Part shown: positions 23,200-34,975 of the stretch, one piece after another
Position numbering within the stretch: position 1 is the stretch's first letter
Layout: every line of letters begins with the position of its first letter
The notes under the pieces: generated by a model
What the model was told of the DNA's origin: nothing
Database searches by the model: none
The model's input: the letters and a program-made list of their open reading frames with translations, nothing else
NCBI RefSeq assembly: GCF_001194135.2
Contig: NC_069005.1
Location: 18,375,449-18,422,055, forward strand
Direction of reading: 5' to 3'
From: Octopus bimaculoides
Lineage: Eukaryota
DNA: 46,607 bases
Made by a program: the position numbers and the translations under genes

Positions 23200-23915
23200 A
23201 TATACACAACAGATTAGACTGTTGGAAAAGAAAATTTCCTAACATCGGGCTACAAGTAACCTTAGATACCAAGAACCCTCCAAAGTATCCTAGCTGTCCC
23301 TAATAACACTGTTTTCTGCAGCTGTACTAAACTACCTATTTCCTCTACCCATCTCTTCAAATCTTTAGGGATAGTTCCCAATGCACCTATAACTACTGGG
23401 ATACATTTTACCCGCACTTTCCATAGTCTCTGTAATTCAATAGCTAGGTCCTGGTACTTTGCTATTTTTTCTATACCTTTCATATTGATTTTTTCATCAT
23501 TTGAGACTGTAAGGTCAATTATCTGGTACTTTCTATTCTCTTTATCTGATGCCGCTAAATCAGGCCCTCTAGCTTTTATTACTCTATCAGCCCTAATGTT
23601 AAAGTCCCGAACTTTACTAGGTTTATGTTCATACCATTTATCAGTATGTTCAAATCCTAGCTTTCTACATAACTCCCAGTAGATTAGTCTCCCTAGGCTG
23701 TCATGTCTTTTCTTGTATTATTTCTTTCCCAGCATGTTACATTCACTTACTATATGAGTAACGCTTTCCTCTTTTGATTTGCATAGCCTACATTTGAAAT
23801 CTATTTGGCTTTTGTCTATCTAGGTTTTTATTCAATTAGTCCTTAATGTTTGATCCTGTGCTGCTGCTAACAAACTTTCTGTCTCCCTTTTCAACTTTCC
23901 TTTCTGCAACCATAA
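23200..23915 (-). mobile_element. R4/Dong-type LINE 3' portion with 3' UTR
   Basis: EKIAKYQDLAIELQRLWKVRVKCIPVVIGALGTIPKDL..LQKTVLLGTARILWRVLGI; upstream Zn-finger region degenerate. Confidence 0.9.
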
Positions 23916-23971
23916 CCAATATTATTATTATTATTTTTTATTATTATTATTATTATTGTTATTATTTCATA

Positions 23972-25666
23972 TATGTACAACAGACTCATCTGTTGGAAAA
24001 GAGAATTTCCTAATACCAGGCTACAACAAGTAACCTTAGATGCCAAGAACCGTCCTAAGTATCTCAGCTGTCCCTAATACCACTGCTTTCTGGAGAGGTA
24101 CTAAACTAGATTTTATGCCTGTTTCCTCTATCCATCTCTTCAAATCTTTAGGGATAGTTCTTAATGCACATGGGATACATTTTATCCGCACTTTCGATAG
24201 TCGCTGTAACTCAATGACTAGGTCCTGGTACTTTGCTATTTTCTCTATACCTCTCATATTGCTTTTTCATCATCTGGGACTGTAAAGTCAACTTATCTGG
24301 CACTTTCTTTTCTTTGTGTCTACTACTACTAAATCAGGCCTTCTAACTTCAATTATTCTCTCAATCTGAATGTTAAAGTCCCACAACATCTTATATTTCT
24401 TACTTTATAGTACTTTACTAGGTTCATGTTCAGAGCATTTCTCATATGTTGTCAAATCCGAGCTTTCTACATAATTCCCAGTGGACTACTCTCTCAAGGT
24501 TATGTCTTTTCCTGTATTCTTTCCGTCAGCATGCTACATTCACTTACTATATGAGTAACACTTTTCCCTTTTGATTTACATAACCTACATTGGGAATCTA
24601 CTTGACTATTTTGGCTTTTATCCAATTAGTCCTCAATGCTTGATCTTGTGCTGTACTAACAAACGTTTTGTCTCTTTTTTCAATCTTCTTTTCTGCAACC
24701 ATAACCATATCTTACTATTACTATTTTCCGCAACTATCTTTGGGAATCTACTATGCAAAGCCTTCTCCTACTAGTCAGATAATCTTTCTTCCTATTTCTG
24801 TTTTTTTAACTTCATTTGTCTTTTTGGTTTCTCTATGTTCTACTGTGATTCTAGCAGCTCTTAATAAAACTTCTCCACTATTACCCGCATAGGAGACTAT
24901 ATCTACTCTAGCTGATTCCACGCTGTCTTCTACTGTTATTGACCCTCTATTACTTTCTTTTCTACTCTTGCTACTCCTGCTCTTGGGTGAAGTCCTCCAT
25001 TCATGTTGAATTCCTTCCTAGTTCTTCTGTCTAGCTTTGTTAATTCAGATTTTTCTAATCTGCAGAAGCTGCTGAATATCTAAGTAACAACACTATCCAA
25101 ATATTTGTGTCCTTCATTTAGTTTTGATTCCATTAGCTTCCCCCAACTTTCTGATGTACTTCTCAATTTTCGTTTTCATTTCTATAGTTAGTTCTTTGTT
25201 AGATTCTAATACTCCTCGATATTTGTAACTCTCTCCTTCTTTCAGTGATTTTAATGTCTGGCTATCTGGCTATCTGGCTATCTGGCTATCTGGCTATCTG
25301 GTAATTGGATGCACTGCTGACTACCCATCTCTTTTTCATGACTAATATTGCACACTTATCTATGCCAAATTCCATGCCTATATCTTTGTTTACAGTCTTA
25401 CAGTCTTACAGTCTGTATTAAGGAATCTATCTCCTTTTTATTCTTACTAAAAAGTTTCAGATCACCCATGTAGAGCATATGGTTTAGCATTTAGTATTTC
25501 TGAACTGATACCCTGCCTTTGCCTTCCTGATGGGAGCAGGGGGTTAAACATAAGACATATACTAAAAGGGATAACGGGTCTCTTTGGAAAATTCCTCTCT
25601 TGATATTAACTTTACCTAGGGCTGTTTCACCTGGGTAGAGATTTAGTTTTCATATATTCATGCTAA
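23972..25666 (-). mobile_element. R4/Dong-type LINE, RT domain to 3' UTR (same subfamily as 23200-23915)
   Basis: KVNIKRGIFQRDPLS..LNHMLYMGDLKLFSKNKKEIDS (RT motifs) to EKIAKYQDLVIELQRL..LQKAVVLGTAEILRTVLGI; many stops; runs into a gap. Confidence 0.9.
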
Positions 25667-26784
25667 NNNNNNNNNNNNNNNNNNNNNNNNNNNNNNNNNN
25701 NNNNNNNNNNNNNNNNNNNNNNNNNNNNNNNNNNNNNNNNNNNNNNNNNNNNNNNNNNNNNNNNNNNNNNNNNNNNNNNNNNNNNNNNNNNNNNNNNNNN
25801 NNNNNNNNNNNNNNNNNNNNNNNNNNNNNNNNNNNNNNNNNNNNNNNNNNNNNNNNNNNNNNNNNNNNNNNNNNNNNNNNNNNNNNNNNNNNNNNNNNNN
25901 NNNNNNNNNNNNNNNNNNNNNNNNNNNNNNNNNNNNNNNNNNNNNNNNNNNNNNNNNNNNNNNNNNNNNNNNNNNNNNNNNNNNNNNNNNNNNNNNNNNN
26001 NNNNNNNNNNNNNNNNNNNNNNNNNNNNNNNNNNNNNNNNNNNNNNNNNNNNNNNNNNNNNNNNNNNNNNNNNNNNNNNNNNNNNNNNNNNNNNNNNNNN
26101 NNNNNNNNNNNNNNNNNNNNNAGTCTCCCTCTTATCACTGCTATCACATGAATGCATTATGCAATAGGCCGACTTCGTCGATGAGGTCAATTCGCCTCCT
26201 CTTTGGCCGGGGAGACTGGCAGATTTCCTTTGTCTGATGCTATGGTGGAAGAGGTTGTGTGGGAGATGAAATTGATAAGAAACGAACACACTCTTTCGTT
26301 TTCGGCCAAGCCTTCATCGACTTTTTAAAGTTCCATTTAAAAAGAAAGGTGAGGATGAGAGGGAGTAGCCGCTGCCTCTACTCTACAAAATAAATTAACA
26401 AAAAAAAAATGGATGAATGTCACGAAGATGGACCGAATGAGTAGGCGTACACTAAGCTTGCACACTAGGCGTACTCTAAGGTTGCACCTAAGCTGGAGAG
26501 AAAATATGGGAGATTTATGGGACAGCTTTATGTTACCCGTTGGTTCGATAATGAGTCGTTCAGGATCGGTGGGTTTCTTTTGTTACTCCTGAGTGGTACT
26601 AATCCTATTGAATAATTTTGTACTTAGCCGCCATTCACAGCCTTATAACAAAGGAATTATTTTTATTGAAACAATATATGTGCGGCATTATTTATATAAT
26701 TTCCGCTTGACTGAACTTTAGGTACATCAGTATATGTTCCACGTGGTGTTTTTATAAGAATATTTTCATGCTTATTGGTCTGTA

Positions 26785-26862
26785 ATGAAAGATTTGGTGT
26801 TCGTAGCTGAAGAAATGAAATGATTCTGAAACGCATATATACGATCCGGTGTCGTCTTTCAT
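26785..26862 (+). ncRNA. Degenerate or variant hammerhead ribozyme motif
   Basis: UCGUAG-CUGAAGA (26807-13)-AAU.GAAAUG.AUUCU-GAAAC (26828-32)-GCAU-AUA^UACGA. Stem I is UCGUA/UACGA, extended by UUGG/CCGG and AUGAAAGA/UCUUUCAU. Stem II is short and imperfect, with a C.A mismatch in stem III. Confidence 0.55.
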
Positions 26863-27060
26863 ACACAATCTTGTGTTTTCATGTACGTATAAGAGGAGAA
26901 TTTTCTGCTGGGTCTCTCTGTGCAATTGAAGGTCTCCTCAAGTCCTACCGTACACGAGTGTGTTGAATATGACTTTACACGAATATATTTCATTCAACTC
27001 TACTTCATGAGACACGTTGTACATACATACATACGTACATACATTCATACATTTATACAT

Positions 27061-27106
<46 letters not shown>

Positions 27107-27996
27107 NNNNNNNNNNNNNNNNNNNNNNNNNNNNNNNNNNNNNNNNNNNNNNNNNNNNNNNNNNNNNNNNNNNNNNNNNNNNNNNNNNNNNNNNNNNNNN
27201 NNNNNNNNNNNNNNNNNNNNNNNNNNNNNNNNNNNNNNNNNNNNNNNNNNNNNNNNNNNNNNNNNNNNNNNNNNNNNNNNNNNNNNNNNNNNNNNNNNNN
27301 NNNNNNNNNNNNNNNNNNNNNNNNNNNNNNNNNNNNNNNNNNNNNNNNNNNNNNNNNNNNNNNNNNNNNNNNNNNNNNNNNNNNNNNNNNNNNNNNNNNN
27401 NNNNNNNNNNNNNNNNNNNNNNNNNNNNNNNNNNNNNNNNNNNNNNNNNNNNNNNNNNNNNNNNNNNNNNNNNNNNNNNNNNNNNNNNNNNNNNNNNNNN
27501 NNNNNNNNNNNNNNNNNNNNNNNNNNNNNNNNNNNNNNNNNNNNNNNNNNNNNNNNNNNNNNNNNNNNNNNNNNNNNNNNNNNNNNNNNNNNNNNNNNNN
27601 NNNNNNNNNNNNNNNNNNNNNNNNNNNNNNNNNNNNNNNNNNNNNNNNNNNNNNNNNNNNNNNNNNNNNNNNNNNNNNNNNNNNNNNNNNNNNNNNNNNN
27701 NNNNNNNNNNNNNNNNNNNNNNNNNNNNNNNNNNNNNNNNNNNNNNNNNNNNNNNNNNNNNNNNNNNNNNNNNNNNNNNNNNNNNNNNNNNNNNNNNNNN
27801 NNNNNNNNNNNNNNNNNNNNNNNNNNNNNNNNNNNNNNNNNNNNNNNNNNNNNNNNNNNNNNNNNNNNNNNNNNNNNNNNNNNNNNNNNNNNNNNNNNNN
27901 NNNNNNNNNNNNNNNNNNNNNNNNNNNNNNNNNNNNNNNNNNNNNNNNNNNNNNNNNNNNNNNNNNNNNNNNNNNNNNNNNNNNNNNNNNNNNNNN

Positions 27997-28298
27997 GTAG
28001 TTCTCCAAGAATACAGATATTTGATTATGCCACTGTTTGCTTGCATAATGAAATCTAGTTGTGTTTCCTCAGGCGATGTACATATGATGTCTCCGTTGGA
28101 CAAACGCGCTCTCACAACTCGCACCATGGGTATTTCAGCCGCAACTAAATTCAAACCACTACAAACGGAGGAGATGGCTTGGAAGTCGGCGATTTTAAAC
28201 TAACGGAGATAACACTTGTATATCGAGGGAACACAACTAGATCTCATTATACAAACAAACAGTTGTATAATCAAATATCTGTATTCTTGGAGAACTAC
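27997..28298. repeat. Fold-back (MITE-like) element, ~100 bp imperfect arms
   Basis: 27997-28097 vs 28202-28298 are reverse complements (GTAGTTCTCCAAGAATACAGATATTTGATTAT.. / ..ATAATCAAATATCTGTATTCTTGGAGAACTAC). The left arm abuts a gap, so it may be longer. Confidence 0.85.
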
Positions 28299-28708
28299 AT
28301 TACTTCGAAAGAATTGTAGCGAACAAGAAACAAATGTCCAACCGTACTCCCTCTTCCTGACTCCAGTTTCTTCAATTTTATATTCACACACGGCGAATGC
28401 CCAAATTTAAGCATGGAAGTATATAATAATACTACCAATAGAAGGTGGACGAGCTCTATACAGTACTCTATACAGTACTCTNNNNNNNNNNAAGACAGAA
28501 AGAAAGAGAAAGAGAGACACACACTAACATGTATGTATGTATGTATGTATGTATGTATGTATGTAGTGCCAGTCGATAGTATTTCACTGTATATTACAAT
28601 GTATTAAAACAATTTACTTTAGCACGACTCGTATTTCTCAGCAGATGAACTGTAATGCGGTTTTATTGCACCAATTTACTGAGTACTTGTAAATACATAC
28701 ATACATAC

Positions 28709-28799
<91 letters not shown>

Positions 28800-28891
28800 G
28801 ATATGTATATCATATGATATTTATGTACATTTAATGTACATATATGTATATGCGTGTGTGTGCGTGTGTTTTTGTGAGTGTGTGGAGAGTG

Positions 28892-28939
<48 letters not shown>

Positions 28940-29413
28940 GTATATTACCATATATTCGAACAGAGATGAATCTATAATTTTAGCGCCTCAAGAAACTGTT
29001 ATTGCAAAAGGATCTTAGCAACTCATATCGCATTAAGACGTTCTCAATTGGAAACCGATAATATACACTCGTTTACGCACACATACATTCACATATATAC
29101 AATATCATGTATGTAGATATATATATCTATATATACACAGTTTATCGTCTGCCCCCTTCATATAAATCTACTTATTTTGCAGTGTGTCTATAAATCTAGA
29201 CTGTGCTTTCGTTGCATGTCCATGTGTTGTTTATATATGTAGGAATTTTATTTCTATGTACACAGACATGATAGAAGTAAATAGACACCCCATAAAACAT
29301 CGTTTTATGTCTATTCTAACTTGTAAAGTTTTATATTTTTTATTAATTGATATTTTTGTATTTCAGGTTCTATATGTGACTGTTTAATCATGCCATGTAT
29401 AAAAGAAGCCTTG

Positions 29414-30060
29414 GAACTGTCTGAATTTCAAAGGGGCCGTATTGTGGGTCATTCTGAAGGTGGGCATAATCAGCGTAACATCTCATAAAATCTCAGGATC
29501 CCGCTTTCTACAGTTAATAGAGTGACTGAGCACTTCACCAGAGAGGGGAAGATGTCCACATCAACTCGCCCAAATCGACCAGTGCGGAGGACAATCCTCG
29601 TTACAAGGCCTCTGACATAGCAGAACAAGTTGATGTCAAACCCAAAATAGCTGTCAGGTATCTCCACAAACTTCGTTACTATGGCAGAGCAGCAAGAAGG
29701 AAACCACTTCTTCGACAAGCCAACGTCAAACGGAGAAAAGATTGGGCCAGTGAGATGGTGGAGACGCCACTAGCATTTTGGGACATTGTACAGAGTTGCT
29801 GTATTTCCTGATGGTGGTCGAGTGTGGGTCTGGAGACTGTCGTCCAGAATTTGATGTAAAAATATTGCAGCCAACCATGAAACACGACAGCTATTCTGTA
29901 ATGGTGTGGGGTGCAATTTGGAGCAATGCTTGATCAGAACTGGAGGAATGTGAGGGAAACATAAACTCAGATAAATGTGTGTCCATATTGCAGAAAGGAC
30001 TCCTTCCAATCTACTCTAGTGATGTAATGATTAAAGAAAACTATTTATGGAAGATGGGGC
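29414..30060 (+). mobile_element. Tc1-family transposase remnant
   Basis: ELSEFQRGRIVG (HTH start), IPLSTVNRV, RAARRKPLLRQANVKRR, FPDGGRVWVWR, SVMVWGAIWS, GNINSDKCVSILQKGLLP..MEDGA; frameshifted. Confidence 0.88.
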
Positions 30061-30061
30061 T

Positions 30062-30180
30062 TTTCTATATTTGAGGGATAAGGAATCATGTACATTATTT
30101 ACATTATTTACGTTTGACGGATATTTGTCCTCATTTTGTTTATTCTCCAGCCTTCATCACGTGTCCTAGGGGAATTTTTC
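30062..30180 (-). mobile_element. Short Penelope-pLTR-like repeat with broken hammerhead (same family as 37835-38090)
   Basis: Minus strand: TTCCCCTAGGACAC-GTGATGA-AGGCTGGAG[deleted]AATAAACAAAATGAGGACAAATATCCGTCAAACGTAAATAATGTAAATAATGTACA. Confidence 0.7.
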
Positions 30181-30206
30181 CGATGTTGTTGTTGTTGTTG
30201 TTGTTG

Positions 30207-30241
<35 letters not shown>

Positions 30242-30243
30242 AT

Positions 30244-30625
30244 TATTCAGGTCACTACCTGGAATCGAACTCTTAACCACTACGCCATATGCCTGTGGGC
30301 AATTATGGAGTGAATTTTAAGGCTTATAAATCTAATATTTTCCTATCCTTCCTTAATACCGGTTCCCATATGCTACTCGTATCTGGACCTGTTTTTGCCA
30401 AACGACCTGTACAAATGATTTGTTTATAGTGTTCAAATGCATGTGCTGTACATTAGCACATGCCATCGGTGTTGCCTGAAGAGGTGCACTGTGTACTACG
30501 TGTCAGGTATCGAAGTGATCGCAGATCAGCGTGAGATAAAGTGTTTTGCTCAAAATCACAACGCACCACACAGCGTAGGAATTGAAATCACGATTGCTAG
30601 AACAACACCCAAACCACTAGATCTG
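30244..30625 (-). mobile_element. Degenerate tRNA-derived SINE pieces
   Basis: Minus strand shows A-box TGGCGTAGTGG and B-box GTTCGATTCC ending in (TAA)n (30244-30295), and GCGTTGTGATTTTGAGCAAAACACTTTATCTCAC (30425-30625). Confidence 0.5.
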
Positions 30626-30674
30626 GTGCCATCTCTCACTCCTTCTCTCTCTCTCACGCACAAACACATACACG

Positions 30675-30726
<52 letters not shown>

Positions 30727-31553
30727 NNNNNNNNNNNNNNNNNNNNNNNNNNNNNNNNNNNNNNNNNNNNNNNNNNNNNNNNNNNNNNNNNNNNNNNNNN
30801 NNNNNNNNNNNNNNNNNNNNNNNNNNNNNNNNNNNNNNNNNNNNNNNNNNNNNNNNNNNNNNNNNNNNNNNNNNNNNNNNNNNNNNNNNNNNNNNNNNNN
30901 NNNNNNNNNNNNNNNNNNNNNNNNNNNNNNNNNNNNNNNNNNNNNNNNNNNNNNNNNNNNNNNNNNNNNNNNNNNNNNNNNNNNNNNNNNNNNNNNNNNN
31001 NNNNNNNNNNNNNNNNNNNNNNNNNNNNNNNNNNNNNNNNNNNNNNNNNNNNNNNNNNNNNNNNNNNNNNNNNNNNNNNNNNNNNNNNNNNNNNNNNNNN
31101 NNNNNNNNNNNNNNNNNNNNNNNNNNNNNNNNNNNNNNNNNNNNNNNNNNNNNNNNNNNNNNNNNNNNNNNNNNNNNNNNNNNNNNNNNNNNNNNNNNNN
31201 NNNNNNNNNNNNNNNNNNNNNNNNNNNNNNNNNNNNNNNNNNNNNNNNNNNNNNNNNNNNNNNNNNNNNNNNNNNNNNNNNNNNNNNNNNNTATTGGTCA
31301 ATCAGTTATCGATATTGTTAATCTGTTCCGTTTATTGAATTCAGGGATTTTTTTTTATCGAAAAATTTCCTTTATTCTTTTTTTAATCGATGGAAATCTC
31401 ACCCAAACACCCTTTTATAACGGAGACTCACGTGCACACATATATTTATACACACACATATATACCCATACATACACATACACGCATAAACAGAGACACA
31501 GATTGCACAAAAATACGGACAAATACATACGTACATACATACATACGCACACA

Positions 31554-31611
<58 letters not shown>

Positions 31612-32135
31612 AGCGCAGGCGTAGCAGGGTAGTAAGAAACTTGCTTCCTAACAACATGCTTCTGGATTCAGTTCCGCTGCGTGGCACATTGAGCAAGTGT
31701 CTTCTACGATAGCCTCGGGCCGACCAAAGCCTTGTTAGTGGATTTGATAGAAGGAAACGGAAAGAAGCCTGTCGTATATATAATCCTGCACCATCGCTTG
31801 ACAACTGATCTTGGTGTGTTTACCTCCCCTTAACTTAGCAGTTCGGCAAAACGTTCCGATAGAATAAGTACCAGGCTTACAAAGAAGAATAAGTCCAGAG
31901 GTCGATTTCTTCGTCTAAAAGGCGGTACTCCAGCATGGCCACAGTCAAAATGAATGAAACAAGTAAAAGAATGAAAAAAAAGGAGTGGCTGTGTGATCAG
32001 TAGCTTGCTTACCACCCACATGGTTCTGGATTAAGTCTCACTGCGTGGCACCTTGGGATAGTATCTTCTTCTATAGCCTCGAGTCGACCAAAGCCTTGTG
32101 AATTAATCTGGCAGACGGAAACTGAAAGAAGCCTC
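31612..32135 (+). mobile_element. Two tandem SINE family B copies (31612-31975, 31982-32135)
   Basis: Both align to 36708-37108; the second is 3'-truncated at its internal (TA)n. Confidence 0.88.
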
Positions 32136-32438
32136 TAATATATATATATATATATATATGTGTGTGTTACCCATAAACCAATAATAATATGAACAAAATA
32201 TAATACAATACATAGATAAACAAATGGAATTAAATACTACATACGTTAACAAAATTTAATTAAACACAAATAAAAAAAAACAGTAGATAAAAAACACACA
32301 CACACACACATGAACAAATAAATAAATAAGAACAAATANNNNNNNNNNNNNNNNNNNNNNNNNNNNNNNNNNNNNNNNNNNNNNNNNNNNNNNNNNNNNN
32401 NNNNNNNNNNNNNNNNNNNNNNNNNNNNNNNNNNNNNN

Positions 32439-32520
32439 CTGTTACTTATTCTATCGGTCTCAGTTGCCGAGCCGCTAAGTTACAGGGACGTAAAGACACC
32501 AGCATCGGTTGTCAAGCGAT
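32439..32520 (-). mobile_element. SINE family B fragment
   Basis: TACTTATTCTATCGGTC..GCCGA.CCGCTAAGTTAC.GGGACGTAAA.ACACCAGCATCGGTTGTCAAGCGAT. Confidence 0.85.
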
Positions 32521-34119
32521 ATATATATATAATTTAAGGATGCATTCCTCAGTGTAGTACTGAATATACAAAAGAGTGCGAGAGTCATGGCGAGAAAGTC
32601 TTTCATAAGAGGTCTTCTGGATCAGAGTGAAGTCGGTACTAATCAACTCTAACAACAACGCCAATGGCATCTGTTTATGTCTAGCCAAGTAGGGACAAAT
32701 CGAGCGACAGCATCAAAAATCAAGGATAGTGATGAGATAACGACGAAGCCTTTGCATGATCAGTCAACCTGCATGAAATAATAGCTGATCTTTTCTCAAA
32801 TCACTCCATCAAAATAAAAAGGTAGGTTTGTCACAACCGGAAGGCGTTTGATAAGTTACCGCGGTCAGGTAGAGCTAAACGATATCAAAAACGACTGTCA
32901 GTAGTGTTCGAAGAATTGCTGTTTCGTAATGTTACACNNNNNNNNNNNNNNNNNNNNNNNNNNNNNNNNNNNNNNNNNNNNNNNNNNNNNNNNNNNNNNN
33001 NNNNNNNNNNNNNNNNNNNNNNNNNNNNNNNNNNNNNNNNNNNNNNNNNNNNNNNNNNNNNNNNNNNNNNNNNNNNNNNNNNNNNNNNNNNNNNNNNNNN
33101 NNNNNNNNNNNNNNNNNNNNNNNNNNNNNNNNNNNNNNNNNNNNNNNNNNNNNNNNNNNNNNNNNNNNNNNNNNNNNNNNNNNNNNNNNNNNNNNNNNNN
33201 NNNNNNNNNNNNNNNNNNNNNNNNNNNNNNNNNNNNNNNNNNNNNNNNNNNNNNNNNNNNNNNNNNNNNNNNNNNNNNNNNNNNNNNNNNNNNNNTATAT
33301 ATATATAATTTAGTAATACTGCCTTAGTATCTGTATTCAAACCCCATAATTATTTTATGGTCCGTGTTCAAATCTCACAGGGGCTGTTTTCTTTGTTTAT
33401 TTCTTGAAGCAGAGCCATCAAGCGAAATATTAAGCAAACCCTCATACCTATCTATCTGATATACATAGATGTATCCGTGAGTGTGTATGTGTGCGCGTGT
33501 AATGTATGTATGTATCCACACATACACACACACACACTAAGTGTACCAGTTACAAGTACTATTTTCAACTCCAAACCACATAATCTGTTTATCCCTATTT
33601 TGGGATCGTTGTAGTTTTGTTAAATCTCCATTTATCTTCCGAGCGATCGCTTTTTGAGCAATGAAGTTCAAGATGTTTGTTTATAGGAGCTCACGATTGG
33701 GTTTTCAGATAAATTCCATCCTTTTTATTTATCCATTTTATTTTAATCATTTCCTATATTATTTGAATTTGCACGAAAAATATTTTTCTCTTAGTTTTTT
33801 GGATCTTTTTCCATTTTTGAAATTCGAATAAATTTTACCTCTTTTCATTTATGACGATGGAGTGCCAAATAAAAAAAGATATATAAAAATATGAAACGAA
33901 CGAATTTCTGAGAGCTCAATACATTTATCCATCTGTGAGTATGCTATCAAATCAGAACCTCCTCAGTACGATAATACACGTTACCATACCATCCATCCAT
34001 TATCTCATACCTACAAACTTATATCGCAACGACTCTATTGTTATGCAAGAGTCCCGCCATATTTCCCAGTTAACATTGCTACGTACCAGATGTCTTGGAG
34101 GGTATAGCTTCTTTTTGCC

Positions 34120-34380
34120 TTTTATTTGTTTGTCATTGAACTGCAGCCGTTCTGAGTGCCACAGGGCTTAGTCACTGTTCGACTCCAGTACTTAATTTCA
34201 AGTGTGGTACTTATTCTATCGGTTCTTTTGACGAATTGCTAAGTTACAATGATGTAAGTAAACCAGCACCGGTTGTCTAGCGGTGGGGAACACAAAAATA
34301 CATACACACACACATGAACGCGTGTACACACACGAACACACACACACGAACACGTGCACGCACACACGCACACACACACA
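34120..34380 (-). mobile_element. SINE family B, 3' half with (CA)n
   Basis: GTACTTATTCTATCGGTTCTTTTG..CTAAGTTAC..AAACCAGCACCGGTTGTC.AGCG. Confidence 0.75.
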
Positions 34381-34391
34381 CACACACAAAG

Positions 34392-34620
34392 ACGGCGAGC
34401 TGGCAGAAACGTTAGTACGCCGGGCGAAATACTTAACGGTATTTTGTCTACCGCTACGTTCTGAGTTCAAATTCCGCTGAGATCGACTTTGCCTTTCATC
34501 CTTTCGGGGTCAATTAAATAAGTACCAGTTACGCACTGGGGTCGATATAATCGACTTAATCTGTTCGTCTGTCCTTGTTTGTCCCCTCTGTGTATAACCC
34601 CTTGTGGGTAGTAAGGAAAT
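34392..34620 (+). mobile_element. SINE family A, near full length
   Basis: GGCGAGCTGGCAGAAACGTTAGTACGCCGGGCGAAAT..GAGTTCAAATTCCGC..CCCCTTGTGGGTAGTAAGGAAATA. Confidence 0.9.
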
Positions 34621-34639
34621 AACTCACACACACAAACAA

Positions 34640-34933
34640 ACATATATGCGGCGGCTTCTTTCAGTTTCCGTCTTCCAAATTTACTCACAAGGCTTTGGTC
34701 GGCCCGAGACTATGGGACTAAACCCGAAACCATGTGGTTGGCAGAATCGTTAGCAAATAAAAGAATTAAAAAACAGGAGTGGGTGTGTGGTAAGTAGCTT
34801 GCTTACCAGCCACATGATTCGGGGTTCAGTCCCACTGCTTGGCATCTTTAGCATGTGTCTTCTACTATAGCCTCCTGTCGACCAAAGCCTTGTGGGTAGA
34901 TTTGGCTTACGGAAACTGAAAGGAGCCCGTCGT
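34640..34933. mobile_element. Two SINE family B 5' halves in inverted orientation (34640-34742 minus, 34777-34933 plus)
   Basis: CTTCTTTCAGTTTCCGT..CACAAGGCTTTGGTCG vs CGACCAAAGCCTTGTG..ACGGAAACTGAAAGGAG. Confidence 0.85.
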
Positions 34934-34943
34934 NNNNNNNNNN

Positions 34944-34974
<31 letters not shown>

Positions 34975-34975
<1 letters not shown>

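Noticed and set aside
26122-26340. Hairpin GAAACGAA/TTCGTTTTC and minus-strand TCGATGA-AGGC..GCC-GAAA
   Set aside because: Core is mutated with no stem I or cleavage triplet, and no recognisable protein similarity in the frames I read.
28320-28345. GAAAC-AAAT-GTC resembling a hammerhead 3' half
   Set aside because: No CUGANGA or matching stem I upstream.
33360-33390. GTTCAAATC B-box-like motif
   Set aside because: No A box or cloverleaf. No true tRNA or rRNA gene found in the window; Pol III boxes belong to SINEs.
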